NCBI GenBank assembly: GCA_963798085.1
Contig: CAWCRS010000001.1
Location: forward strand, 288,001-352,000
Direction: 5' to 3'
Length of the DNA: 64,000 bases
Source of the DNA: an uncultured Gemmatimonadales bacterium
GTDB lineage: Bacteria; Gemmatimonadota; Gemmatimonadetes; Longimicrobiales; RSA9
A program made the translations under genes and the position numbers. Below the pieces are notes generated by a model that did no database searches, had not been told where the DNA came from, and was given only the letters and a program-made list of their open reading frames with translations. Shown here piece by piece: positions 20,696 through 29,329 of this stretch; within the stretch, counting starts at the first letter, position 1, and each line of letters begins with the position of its first letter.

Positions 20696-20714
20696 TTCTA
20701 ACTGAACGTTAGAA
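20696..20714. promoter_or_regulatory. AT-rich palindrome between divergent genes, candidate operator
   Basis: TTCTAAC-TGAAC-GTTAGAA with perfect 7-bp arms. Confidence 0.35.
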
Positions 20715-20783
20715 GTGGATGGCAGGTCGGCTCCGGGTCTCGCAGGACCGGAGGACCAGCCGCCGCCGTTCCCCGTTTCCCCT

Positions 20784-20817
20784 CCCCTCAACGGGTGCCC
20801 TTGCCCGCGTCCGACCC
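20784..20817 (+). repeat. Repeat family B single copy
   Basis: CCCCTCAACGGGTGCCCTTGCCCGCGTCCGACCC. Confidence 0.85.
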
Positions 20818-21020
20818 ATGAACCCGACCCCTCCTCCAGCCTTTCCCCGACATTCCCGGTGCCATCCGCGCAATTCAGGTGGTACCCGCAGAGTCGAGCG
20901 AAAGAAGCGAAATCATGGCACGCCGGGCATGGCTGCTGCGACGGTGTGCAGAAGCTTGCGCCCTGCCGCCGCGTACGTCATGGTGAACCGGAGCGGACCC
21001 TGAGACGGGAGGAACTGCCA

Positions 21021-21425
21021 ATGAAGGGCGCGGGCGGCACGCCGGGCGGACTGGGCGCATTCTTCGTGGGCGCGGGCATGATGATCGCGGGCGGATACCT
21101 GCTGCTCACGCGCGTGACCGTGGCCAGCGGCGTCTGGCAGATCTGGGGCTACAATGCCTTCGGTCTTTCGCTGCTGCCCTTGCTGGGCGGTGTTGGCGTG
21201 CTCTTCTTCAACGGGCGCGCGCCCCTGGGCTGGTTCCTCACCGCGGCCGGCGCGATCATCATACTCGTGGGCATCATCGGCAATCTCGGTATCTATTTCC
21301 GTCCCACCTCGCTGTTCGACACACTGATCATCCTGGGACTGATCGCGGGCGGCCTCGGGCTCGTGGCCAGATCACTGCGCCCATCGGGACCCGCGTCGTC
21401 GCCTCCCTTCAACAGTCCCGGCTGA
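21021..21425 (+). CDS. Four-TM hypothetical membrane protein
   Basis: GGAGGA RBS; MKGAGGTPGGLGAFFVG...; four hydrophobic segments. Confidence 0.8.
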   Translation: MKGAGGTPGGLGAFFVGAGMMIAGGYLLLTRVTVASGVWQIWGYNAFGLSLLPLLGGVGVLFFNGRAPLGWFLTAAGAIIILVGIIGNLGIYFRPTSLFDTLIILGLIAGGLGLVARSLRPSGPASSPPFNSPG

Positions 21426-21448
21426 ACCCCGACGCTGCGGAGGACAGC

Positions 21449-23638
21449 ATGACCCTGCACATCCGGTCGGCCGGCGCGGCCGCGACCAGGACACTGCTGT
21501 CAGCGTGCGTCGTACTCGCCGTGTGGCAGACGATGCCCGCGCATGCCCAGGACCGACTGCGCGGCATGCCCGGCTACGAGCGCTATCAGCGCATTAACAG
21601 CCAGCTCAATGGCGCGGTAGTGAGCGGTGCGCTCCCCGTCGTCTGGCTCGATGGCGGGCGGGCTTTTTCCTATGAACGGGACGGGAAGTCGTACCGCTAT
21701 GACGTCGCCGCGCGCAAAGCCGTCGAGACGCCAGGCTTCGAAGCGTCGGCGGAAGGTGGCCGCGGCGGACGCGGCGGTCGGGGCGGCGGCCCGGCGCGCG
21801 GCCGTCAGTTCGATGTCGCCGTCTCACCGGACAGCACGCACCGCGCCTTCTATCGCGACCGCAATATCTGGCTCAGCAACGCCAATGGCAGTGACGCGCA
21901 ACAGCTGACAGCAGATGGCGATGAGCGCGCGCGTATCAAGTACGGTACGGCCAGCTGGGTATACGGCGAGGAACTGGGCCAGACGACGGCGATGTGGTGG
22001 TCGCCGGACGGGAAGAAGCTCGCCTTCTATCGCTTCGATGAGAGCGGCATCCCCGACTACTACCTGCAGCTGCGCCAGACTCAGGTCCAGGACACGATCG
22101 ATGTGGAAGCCTATCCCAAGCCGGGCGTGCCCAATCCGGTGGTCGATCTCTTCGTCTACGATCTGGCCACGCACAGGACCGTGCGCATCGACGTGCGCGA
22201 TGGCCAGCCGTTCACTAACGACGTGCAAGGCCACTACGTCTACAGCGTCGCCTGGTCACCGGATGGACGGGAGCTGACGTTCAACCGGACGAATCGCCGG
22301 CAGAACAGCCTCGACTTCGTCGCCTGCAATCCGGACTCGACCACCGAACTGGTGCCTGCCTCGACCAGCAGCCTGCGGGCTGCCGCAGCGTCGAAGTGCC
22401 GCGTGATCGTGCACGAGTCGTGGCCCACCGGCTGGGTGCAGAACCACCCGCCCATGCAGTACCTCGCCGATGGCCGCCGCTTCCTGTGGACGTCCGAGCG
22501 CAGCGGCTTCCGCAACCTGTACCTCTATGATCTGAGCGGACGGCTGCTGGCCACGCTCACCAAACACCCGTTCGAAGTGGCCAACGTCGTGCAGGTCAAT
22601 GAAAAGGCAGGCGTCGTCTGGTACATGGCGCGTGATGGCGACAACTTCATGAAGCTGCAGCTGCATCGCGTCGGTCTGGATGGCAAGGGCGACCGGCGAC
22701 TCACCGATCCGGCGTTCAATCACAACGTGTCGCTGGCGCCCAATGGCAGGCATTTCGTCGACATCGCGCAAACCCATGATCAGCCGCCCGTCACCCGCCT
22801 CATCGATGCGGACGGCCGCGTGATCACGGAGCTGGCGAAAAGTGACCTTTCGCGTTTCGAGCAGCTCGGCCTGCGCAAGGTCGAAATGTTCACGTACATG
22901 GCGGCCGACGGAAAGACCGAACTGCACGGCATGATCAGCTTCCCGTCGGACTTCGATCCGCAGCGCAGGTATCCCGTGCTCGTGCCGGTCTATGGCGGGC
23001 CCGCATCCGCCAGCAACACCGCGCGGGAGACCTTCGCCATGCCCAATCCGCTCACGGAATACGGTTTCCTCGTGGTGAACCTCGACTCGCGCGCCGTGCC
23101 CGGGATGGGCAAGCGCACGCTCAATGACCTGTACCTGAAGCTCGGCCAGACCGAGATCAATGACATGGCCGGAGGCGTGAAGGCGCTGTGGGATCGACCC
23201 TGGGTCGACAGGAATCGTGTCGGCATCTACGGCACGTCGTACGGCGGCTACAGCTCGGTCATGGCGATCCTGCGCTACCCGGATGTGTTCGCGGCCGCGG
23301 CCGCGTCGTCGCCGCCCACCGACTGGCGCAACTACGACACCATCTATACCGAGCGATACATGTGGATCCCGCAGGAGAACGCGCAGGGCTACGACGCGGG
23401 TTCCGCCATGACGTACGCGAAGGACCTGCGCGGCCGGTTGCTGCTGTACTGGGGCACCGCCGACAACAATGTGCACCCGTCCAACATGATGCAGCTCATT
23501 CAGGCGCTGCAGCGCGCGGGCAGGAGCTTCGACCTCCAGGTCGGTCCCGATCAGGGGCACTCCGGCGTGAACCAGCAGCGCATGATGGAGTTCTTCATCG
23601 AGAACCTCATCCTGCACGCCCCGACCGCCACTAACTGA
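21449..23638 (+). CDS. S9 family dipeptidyl peptidase IV-like protein
   Basis: WVYGEEL, WWSPDG, YPKPG, VYGGP, GTSYGG, YDTIYTERYM, GTADNNVH, DQGH. Confidence 0.93.
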   Translation: MTLHIRSAGAAATRTLLSACVVLAVWQTMPAHAQDRLRGMPGYERYQRINSQLNGAVVSGALPVVWLDGGRAFSYERDGKSYRYDVAARKAVETPGFEASAEGGRGGRGGRGGGPARGRQFDVAVSPDSTHRAFYRDRNIWLSNANGSDAQQLTADGDERARIKYGTASWVYGEELGQTTAMWWSPDGKKLAFYRFDESGIPDYYLQLRQTQVQDTIDVEAYPKPGVPNPVVDLFVYDLATHRTVRIDVRDGQPFTNDVQGHYVYSVAWSPDGRELTFNRTNRRQNSLDFVACNPDSTTELVPASTSSLRAAAASKCRVIVHESWPTGWVQNHPPMQYLADGRRFLWTSERSGFRNLYLYDLSGRLLATLTKHPFEVANVVQVNEKAGVVWYMARDGDNFMKLQLHRVGLDGKGDRRLTDPAFNHNVSLAPNGRHFVDIAQTHDQPPVTRLIDADGRVITELAKSDLSRFEQLGLRKVEMFTYMAADGKTELHGMISFPSDFDPQRRYPVLVPVYGGPASASNTARETFAMPNPLTEYGFLVVNLDSRAVPGMGKRTLNDLYLKLGQTEINDMAGGVKALWDRPWVDRNRVGIYGTSYGGYSSVMAILRYPDVFAAAAASSPPTDWRNYDTIYTERYMWIPQENAQGYDAGSAMTYAKDLRGRLLLYWGTADNNVHPSNMMQLIQALQRAGRSFDLQVGPDQGHSGVNQQRMMEFFIENLILHAPTATN

Positions 23639-23841
23639 TCGTTACGCCAGGCGTCATGCGCTCGACCGGAGTGGTTCGTCCTGCCGCCCTCGCCTCGCCG
23701 GGCAATGCACGCCCGGCCTGGGCGTGGGACGGCATGCGGCCGGCCCATGAACGAACAGGATCGTCGACACTGCCAGTGGCCGGACAGGTCAGCCCGGCCC
23801 TGCGGCCTGCACCGGCCCTTCTCCTTTCCCCGGGACCCGAC

Positions 23842-25038
23842 ATGCGCCTCCTGACGATACTTCTGCTGGTCCTCCTGACGCCCCGACTCGGCCTGGCGCA
23901 GGGACGCTTCGCGAGCGTGACAACCATCGGACGTGTCGATTCCGTCCATTCCGCGACGCTCGGCGAAACACGGCCGTACCTCGTCTACACGCCGCCTTCC
24001 TACGGTGATACCACGGCCTCGCCGCAGCGCTACCCGGTCCTCTACCTGCTCGACGGCGACGCGCACTTCCAATCGGTAACGGGATTGATCCAGATCCTCG
24101 GCACGGGTGTGAACGGAACGTACGTCGTGCCCGAGATGATCGTGGTCGCCATCCCTAACACGGACCGAACGCGCGATCTCACGCCAACGCACACGGAAAC
24201 CGGCTTCGATGGTCAGCCCAATCCGGGATTCAGGACGAGCGGCGGGATGCTGAAGTTCTTCACCTTCATTCGCACCGAGCTCATTCCGCGCATCGAAGCG
24301 CAGTACCGCACGATGCCATTCCGCGTCTTTGTGGGACACTCGCTCGGTGGAATCACGACGATCAACGCACTCTACGAGATACCGCAGACCTTCAACGCGT
24401 ACGTGGCCATCGACCCGAGCCTCTGGTGGGACAACCAGACGCTGCTGCGCAAGGCGAAGAACTACTTCGAGACCGCGCGGCTCGAGGGCAAGGTGTTGTA
24501 CGTGGCGCAGGCCAACACACTGAACCCGGGAGATACCAGTCGCAACCTGCATTTCGAGTCGATCCTGCAGTTCAACGCGCTCATGCAGGCGTATGACAGG
24601 AGCGGCATCCGCTATGCGTACCGGTACTACGATCGCGACGATCACGGCTCCGTCCCAATGATCGCCGAGTACGATGCGCTCCGCTTCATCTTCGACGGAT
24701 ACAAGCTGCCGCTGCTGCAGGTACTCGACCGGCCGAGTCTGCTGGTGGAGCATTTCCGCAAGGTGTCGGAGCGTCTCGGTGCGACGTTCACACCGTCCGA
24801 GGGAATGGTGCGACAGCTCGCGGAGATCGAGCTGTCGCGTGACACCGCCAACGCGATCGAACTGGCTGAGACCCGCGTGCGATTGTATCCGGAGAGCTTC
24901 CGCGCGTACGAATTCCTGGGCGACGTCTGGGCCGCGCGCGGTGACCGGCCGAAGGCCCGCTCGTACTACGAGCAGGCGCTCGCGAAGAGCTCGAACAGCG
25001 TGGCCATCCGCGAGAAGATCGCCAGGCTCGGGCGCTGA
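23842..25038 (+). CDS. Secreted IroE/Fes-like alpha/beta esterase with C-terminal TPR
   Basis: YPVLYLLDG, RTRDLTP, GHSLGG, DPSLWW, DHGSVP; TPR-like AYEFLGDVW..ARSYYEQAL. Confidence 0.85.
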   Translation: MRLLTILLLVLLTPRLGLAQGRFASVTTIGRVDSVHSATLGETRPYLVYTPPSYGDTTASPQRYPVLYLLDGDAHFQSVTGLIQILGTGVNGTYVVPEMIVVAIPNTDRTRDLTPTHTETGFDGQPNPGFRTSGGMLKFFTFIRTELIPRIEAQYRTMPFRVFVGHSLGGITTINALYEIPQTFNAYVAIDPSLWWDNQTLLRKAKNYFETARLEGKVLYVAQANTLNPGDTSRNLHFESILQFNALMQAYDRSGIRYAYRYYDRDDHGSVPMIAEYDALRFIFDGYKLPLLQVLDRPSLLVEHFRKVSERLGATFTPSEGMVRQLAEIELSRDTANAIELAETRVRLYPESFRAYEFLGDVWAARGDRPKARSYYEQALAKSSNSVAIREKIARLGR

Positions 25039-25117
25039 AGTCGGTCAGCTGCTGGCATGCTGTCGGACCATTCACTGCCGGCATCCTGGAGCACCATTCC
25101 AGCTGGTTGGCATGCTT

Positions 25118-25260
25118 TCGGACCAGCTTGGCGTTCTTGCGTTCCGCCACGCTGAGACGTGCGTGCGACCCCCGCGCACATGATTGCCCCGTTTTCATGC
25201 CGTCCTGAGCCGCGCTGATCGTCCAGTCGGCCGGAAGTAAAGAATGCCATGCTGGTCCGA
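25118..25260 (+). repeat. 143-bp palindromic element, copy A1
   Basis: TCGGACCAGCTTGGCGTTCTT ... TGCCCCGTTTT (25185) ... AAGAATGCCATGCTGGTCCGA. Confidence 0.9.
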
Positions 25261-25340
25261 CAGGGCCTGGCCAGCCCTGGGCCTGGGCTGCCGCGTCTGC
25301 GTCAGCGCAGTTGATCGGCCTTGCCGTCGGCCACGGTCTG

Positions 25341-25565
25341 TCAGCCGTGCTCGAGCTGCTCCGCGAGTTGCATCAGCTCGTTCGCACGCTGGCGGGCCAG
25401 GTCGGCCACCGTTGAACGCCAGCGCTCCGGAAGCAGCTCCCGCTCGCGCTCTGTGTACGCGCGCGCCGACTGGATTGCGGTGAGCGGCACGCTCAGCTGG
25501 CTGGCAATGTCATCGAGTGTGTAGACGTCGACGGTGAGGGTATCAATCGCAGCTGCGAAATTCAT
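25341..25565 (-). CDS. 74-aa hypothetical protein with an HTH-like segment
   Basis: GAGGGGGAGAA RBS; TLDDIASQLSVPLTAIQSAR resembles an HTH; helical C-terminus. Confidence 0.7.
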   Translation of the reverse strand: MNFAAAIDTLTVDVYTLDDIASQLSVPLTAIQSARAYTERERELLPERWRSTVADLARQRANELMQLAEQLEHG

Positions 25566-25639
25566 TTCTCCCCCTCATGAATAATGGGGTCGCCCAGTCC
25601 AAATGTACGGCGCTCCAGGGCAGCGCGCCCCATTTCTTT

Positions 25640-25782
25640 TCGGACCGTCCTGGCATTCTTGCGTTCTGCTCCACTGTCGCATGGCCGGGACCCGCGCTGA
25701 CATTTCTGCCCCGTTTTCATGTAGGTCGCGGTCGCATCGATAGCCAGAGCGGCCGGAAGGAAAGAATGCCAAGACGGTCCGA
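25640..25782 (+). repeat. 143-bp palindromic element, copy A2
   Basis: TCGGACCGTCCTGGCATTCTT ... TGCCCCGTTTT (25707) ... AAGAATGCCAAGACGGTCCGA. Confidence 0.9.
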
Positions 25783-26024
25783 CATCCAACAGGCCTGCAC
25801 TCCGCGCGCCGCGCAGTAGCGCATCCAGCCGCTCCGGGTCGAGCCGCCGCCCACGCCCGAACTCACGCGGGTCCGTGTCGCTCCCTTGCCCCGGTCCGAC
25901 AAGAACCCGCGCAAACAGAACCATGCAACGACGGTCTGACAGTCGCGGGGGCCGGCCATGGGAAACCGCTCACCGGGACCGTCGGCAGTGCAGCAACCTG
26001 TCGTGCCACCCCTCCGCCCTTGCG

Positions 26025-26055
26025 GCCAAATAGATATGCCATTTATATATTTGGC
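26025..26055. promoter_or_regulatory. AT-rich palindrome upstream of class-II PadR, candidate operator/promoter
   Basis: GCCAAATAGATA-TGCCATT-TATATATTTGGC, 11/12 inverted match in a GC-rich background. Confidence 0.55.
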
Positions 26056-26134
26056 GCTTAGTCTTTCGACCGGCCGGATGCGCCGGCGCCAGCTGCAAGG
26101 TTCGCACGTCCACTCGACGCACACAGGAATCGCA

Positions 26135-26542
26135 ATGCCCAGAAACTCGCCGAAGCCCACGCAGCCGCCGGCTCCGCTGACGCCGCTCACACCGTTGACG
26201 TACCACATCCTGCTCGCGCTCGCGGATGGCGATCGTCATGGCTACGGCATCATTCGCGAGATCGAGGAGAAACTGGGCGAGGCGGCGTCACCGAGCACGG
26301 GTGCGCTGTATCTCGCGCTGCAGCGCATGGAGGATACGGGCCTGGTCGAGGAGTCGAGCCACCGGCCGGAGCCCGAGGAAGATGACGCGCGTCGTCGCTA
26401 CTACCGCATGACGGCGATCGGGCGGGCGGCCGCGCGCGCGGAGAGCGAGAGGCTGGCGTCGCTTGTGGGTGTGGCCGCTGCGAAGCGGCTGGTGACCGGC
26501 GCCACCGTTGCGGCATCACTGCGGGGGCCGGGTCGCTCATGA
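26135..26542 (+). CDS. PadR-family regulator (class II here)
   Basis: LTPLTYHILLALADGDRHGYGII, STGALYLALQRM, DDARRRYYRMT; ATGA overlap with the permease. Confidence 0.92.
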   Translation: MPRNSPKPTQPPAPLTPLTPLTYHILLALADGDRHGYGIIREIEEKLGEAASPSTGALYLALQRMEDTGLVEESSHRPEPEEDDARRRYYRMTAIGRAAARAESERLASLVGVAAAKRLVTGATVAASLRGPGRS

Positions 26543-29241
26543 ACGGCGCGAGCGAGCGCGTGTCGCTGTGGCGCGCGGCGCTGATGCTTCTGTTCCACGT
26601 CGGGCTGCGCATCTATCCGCCGCGGTTCCGCGAGCGTCATGGCGGGCAGATGCTGGACACATTCAGGCAACGGCTGCGCGCGCGAACAGGGATGTTCGCA
26701 ACCGCTGGATTCAGTGGACGGGAACTGATTGGACTCACGGTTCACGGAGTGCTGGCACGCATGCGCCAGCCCGCCGGCCCGGAACCGCACAGGAAGCGGA
26801 GAAGAATGGGAATGGCGACACTGCTGCAGGATCTCAGGTTCGCGCTGCGCACGATCAGTCGCAATCCGGGCTGGGTGGTGATCGCGGTCACCGTGCTGGC
26901 ACTGGGCATTGGCGCCAACACGGCGATCTTCTCCGCGATCGATACCATCATGCTGCGTCCGCTGCCGCTGCATGATCAGGGGCGCATCGTGATGGTCTGG
27001 GAGAAGAATCCGGAGAAGAACTGGTACAAGGCGGTAGCGGCGCCCGCGAACATGTACGACTGGCGCGAACAGGTGAAGGCGTTCCAGGACGTTGCGGCGT
27101 ACACGGAGTTTGGCGCTGGCACGCTGACCGGGCATGGGGACCCGGCCATTCTGGTCGGCTCGCGCGTGACCGGCAACTTCTTCAATGTGGCGGGCGTGCG
27201 CCCGGCGCTCGGTCGCACCTTCCGCGAAGAGGAGACGTGGTCGGACGCGGCGCCTGTGGTGGTCCTGAGCGATGCCCTCTGGCGCGGTAGATTCGGCGCC
27301 GACCCGGCCATCGTAGGCTCGACCATCACGCTCAATGGCAAGGACTGCCAGGTCATCGGCGTGATGCCGGCCAGCTTCGATTTTCCTCGCCAGCACATGG
27401 ATATCTGGGGCCCCATGGGGTGGGATCGCAAACAGCTCGCGGACATTTCCTTCCGCCGCGCGCACTGGCTGCGTGTCATTGCGCGGCTGCGACCCGGCGT
27501 CACGCTGAAGCAGGCGGACGAGCAGCTGCAGGTGGTGGTGAATCGACTGGCGCACGACTATCCGGAGACCAACCGCGTCATGGGCGCGGGGATCACGCCG
27601 TTGCACGAGTTCCTGGTGGGTGACACGCGCACCCGCCTGTTCATTCTCATGGGCGCGGTCGGCATGCTGCTGCTGCTGGCGTGCGCCAATGTCGGCAATC
27701 TCGCGCTCGTGCGCGCATCTGCCCGCCGTCGCGAGATGGCGCTGCGCACGGCGCTGGGCGCAGGCCGGCTCCGCATTCTGCGCCAGGTACTCACGGAGAG
27801 CCTGATCATCTCGCTGACGGGTGGCGTGCTGGGGCTGGGCCTGGGCGTGATCGGTCTGCGGCTGATCATCCGGGTACGCCCCGGGGAGCTTGCCACGCTC
27901 GACACCCTGACACTCGATTATCGCGTGCTGGCCTTCACCTTCGCCGCGGCGCTTGCCGCCGGCCTGCTGTTCGGCATGTTGCCTGCTCTGCGCAGTGCGC
28001 GCTCGGATCCGGGCGACACACTGAAGGACGGCTCTCGCACCGGGACCATGGGCCGCAGGAGCCTGCGCGCCAGCAACGTCCTCGTAGTATCGGAAGTCGC
28101 ACTCGCCATGCTGCTGGTGACCGGCGCGGGCCTGCTGGTACGCAGCTTCACCGCGCTGCGCCACGTCGACCCCGGCTTCCAGACGCAGAATCGCCTGCTC
28201 GTCGATATCGCCCCATCGGGCGCATCGTACAAGACCGCAGCCAGTGTGCTCACATTGTACGACGGACTGCAGCAGCGGCTGGCGGCGCAGCCCGGCGTCG
28301 TGTCGGTCGCGATCACCAGTGCCGTACCGCTCGGGAACTCCAGCTACACGAGCGACTACGTCGCGGAGGGTCGTCCCGCTGAAGGTTATGGCACCGAAGT
28401 GCTGCACCGCAGCGTGTCGCCTGATTATTTCGAGTCCATGGGTGTTCCCATTCTCTCCGGCCGCGGTCTGGCCGACACGGACCGCGAGGGCACAGAGCCG
28501 GTACTCGTCATCAACAATGCGCTGGCGAAGAAGTACTTCCCCAATGAGGATCCCATCGGCAAGCGGCTGGCATTCGACAAGCATCCCAACGCCCAGACGC
28601 AGTGGTATCGCATCGTCGGCGTAACCGGAAGCGAGCTGCAGAACGGCGTCGGCCTGCCACCGCAGGTGGAGGTCTACCGAACACTGCGTCAGGAGGCCGC
28701 GGGCTTTGTCACGTTCATCGTGCACACACGTACGGACCCGCTCGGGCTGGTGCCGGTCGTGCGGCGCGAGCTGCGAGCCATCGACCCCGCGCTTCCGGTC
28801 TTCTCGGTGAACACTCTCGACGACGTGTATCGAGCATCACTCGCGCGCGACCGCTTTCTGCTGCTGCTGCTGAGCGCGTTCGCCGCAACAGCACTCGTGC
28901 TCGCGGCCGTCGGCATCTACGGCGTTGCATCGCAGGCGACGAAGCGGCGCACACAGGAGATCGGCATTCGCGTGGCGCTGGGCGCACGTACCGGTCAGGT
29001 GATGCGCATGATCCTCGGACAGGGCGCCGTTCTCGCCGGCGCCGGCATCATCACCGGCGTGGTGTTGTCGCTCGCGCTCTCGCAGGTCCTGCGGGGTGTG
29101 CTCTTCGGCATCGGCCCGCGCGATCCGCTCACCTTCGTCGCCGTGCCCGCCGTACTGGCGCTCGCGGCACTGCTCGCGTGCTGGATCCCGGCTCGCCGGG
29201 CTACGCGCATCGATCCGGTGGCGGCGCTGCGCATCGAGTAG
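26539..29241 (+). CDS. ADOP-like duplicated MacB/FtsX ABC permease 1 (class-II prefix)
   Basis: QDLRFALR, LALGIGANTAIFS, LLLACANVGNL, RRREMALRTALGAGR, RTQEIGIRVALGA, IPARRATRIDPVAALR. Confidence 0.93.
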   Translation: MNGASERVSLWRAALMLLFHVGLRIYPPRFRERHGGQMLDTFRQRLRARTGMFATAGFSGRELIGLTVHGVLARMRQPAGPEPHRKRRRMGMATLLQDLRFALRTISRNPGWVVIAVTVLALGIGANTAIFSAIDTIMLRPLPLHDQGRIVMVWEKNPEKNWYKAVAAPANMYDWREQVKAFQDVAAYTEFGAGTLTGHGDPAILVGSRVTGNFFNVAGVRPALGRTFREEETWSDAAPVVVLSDALWRGRFGADPAIVGSTITLNGKDCQVIGVMPASFDFPRQHMDIWGPMGWDRKQLADISFRRAHWLRVIARLRPGVTLKQADEQLQVVVNRLAHDYPETNRVMGAGITPLHEFLVGDTRTRLFILMGAVGMLLLLACANVGNLALVRASARRREMALRTALGAGRLRILRQVLTESLIISLTGGVLGLGLGVIGLRLIIRVRPGELATLDTLTLDYRVLAFTFAAALAAGLLFGMLPALRSARSDPGDTLKDGSRTGTMGRRSLRASNVLVVSEVALAMLLVTGAGLLVRSFTALRHVDPGFQTQNRLLVDIAPSGASYKTAASVLTLYDGLQQRLAAQPGVVSVAITSAVPLGNSSYTSDYVAEGRPAEGYGTEVLHRSVSPDYFESMGVPILSGRGLADTDREGTEPVLVINNALAKKYFPNEDPIGKRLAFDKHPNAQTQWYRIVGVTGSELQNGVGLPPQVEVYRTLRQEAAGFVTFIVHTRTDPLGLVPVVRRELRAIDPALPVFSVNTLDDVYRASLARDRFLLLLLSAFAATALVLAAVGIYGVASQATKRRTQEIGIRVALGARTGQVMRMILGQGAVLAGAGIITGVVLSLALSQVLRGVLFGIGPRDPLTFVAVPAVLALAALLACWIPARRATRIDPVAALRIE

Positions 29242-29329
29242 GCGAGGCCCGCGCGCGGCCGCCGCCGGACTGCGGCCCGGTATCCTGAGTCACGGCGCCT
29301 CGAGGCCGTGCTGGCGGAGGTCGCAGGCC

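Noticed and set aside
19289..20714. Integron cassette (GTTAGA core-like sites around the TIR gene)
   Set aside because: There is no RYYYAAC...GTTRRRY attC hairpin of normal length after the gene and no integrase in the window.
25118..25782. Element A as attC sites or a classical DDE MITE
   Set aside because: The ends are TCGGACC/GGTCCGA rather than RYYYAAC/GTTRRRY, and no target-site duplication is visible. It is kept as an unclassified element.
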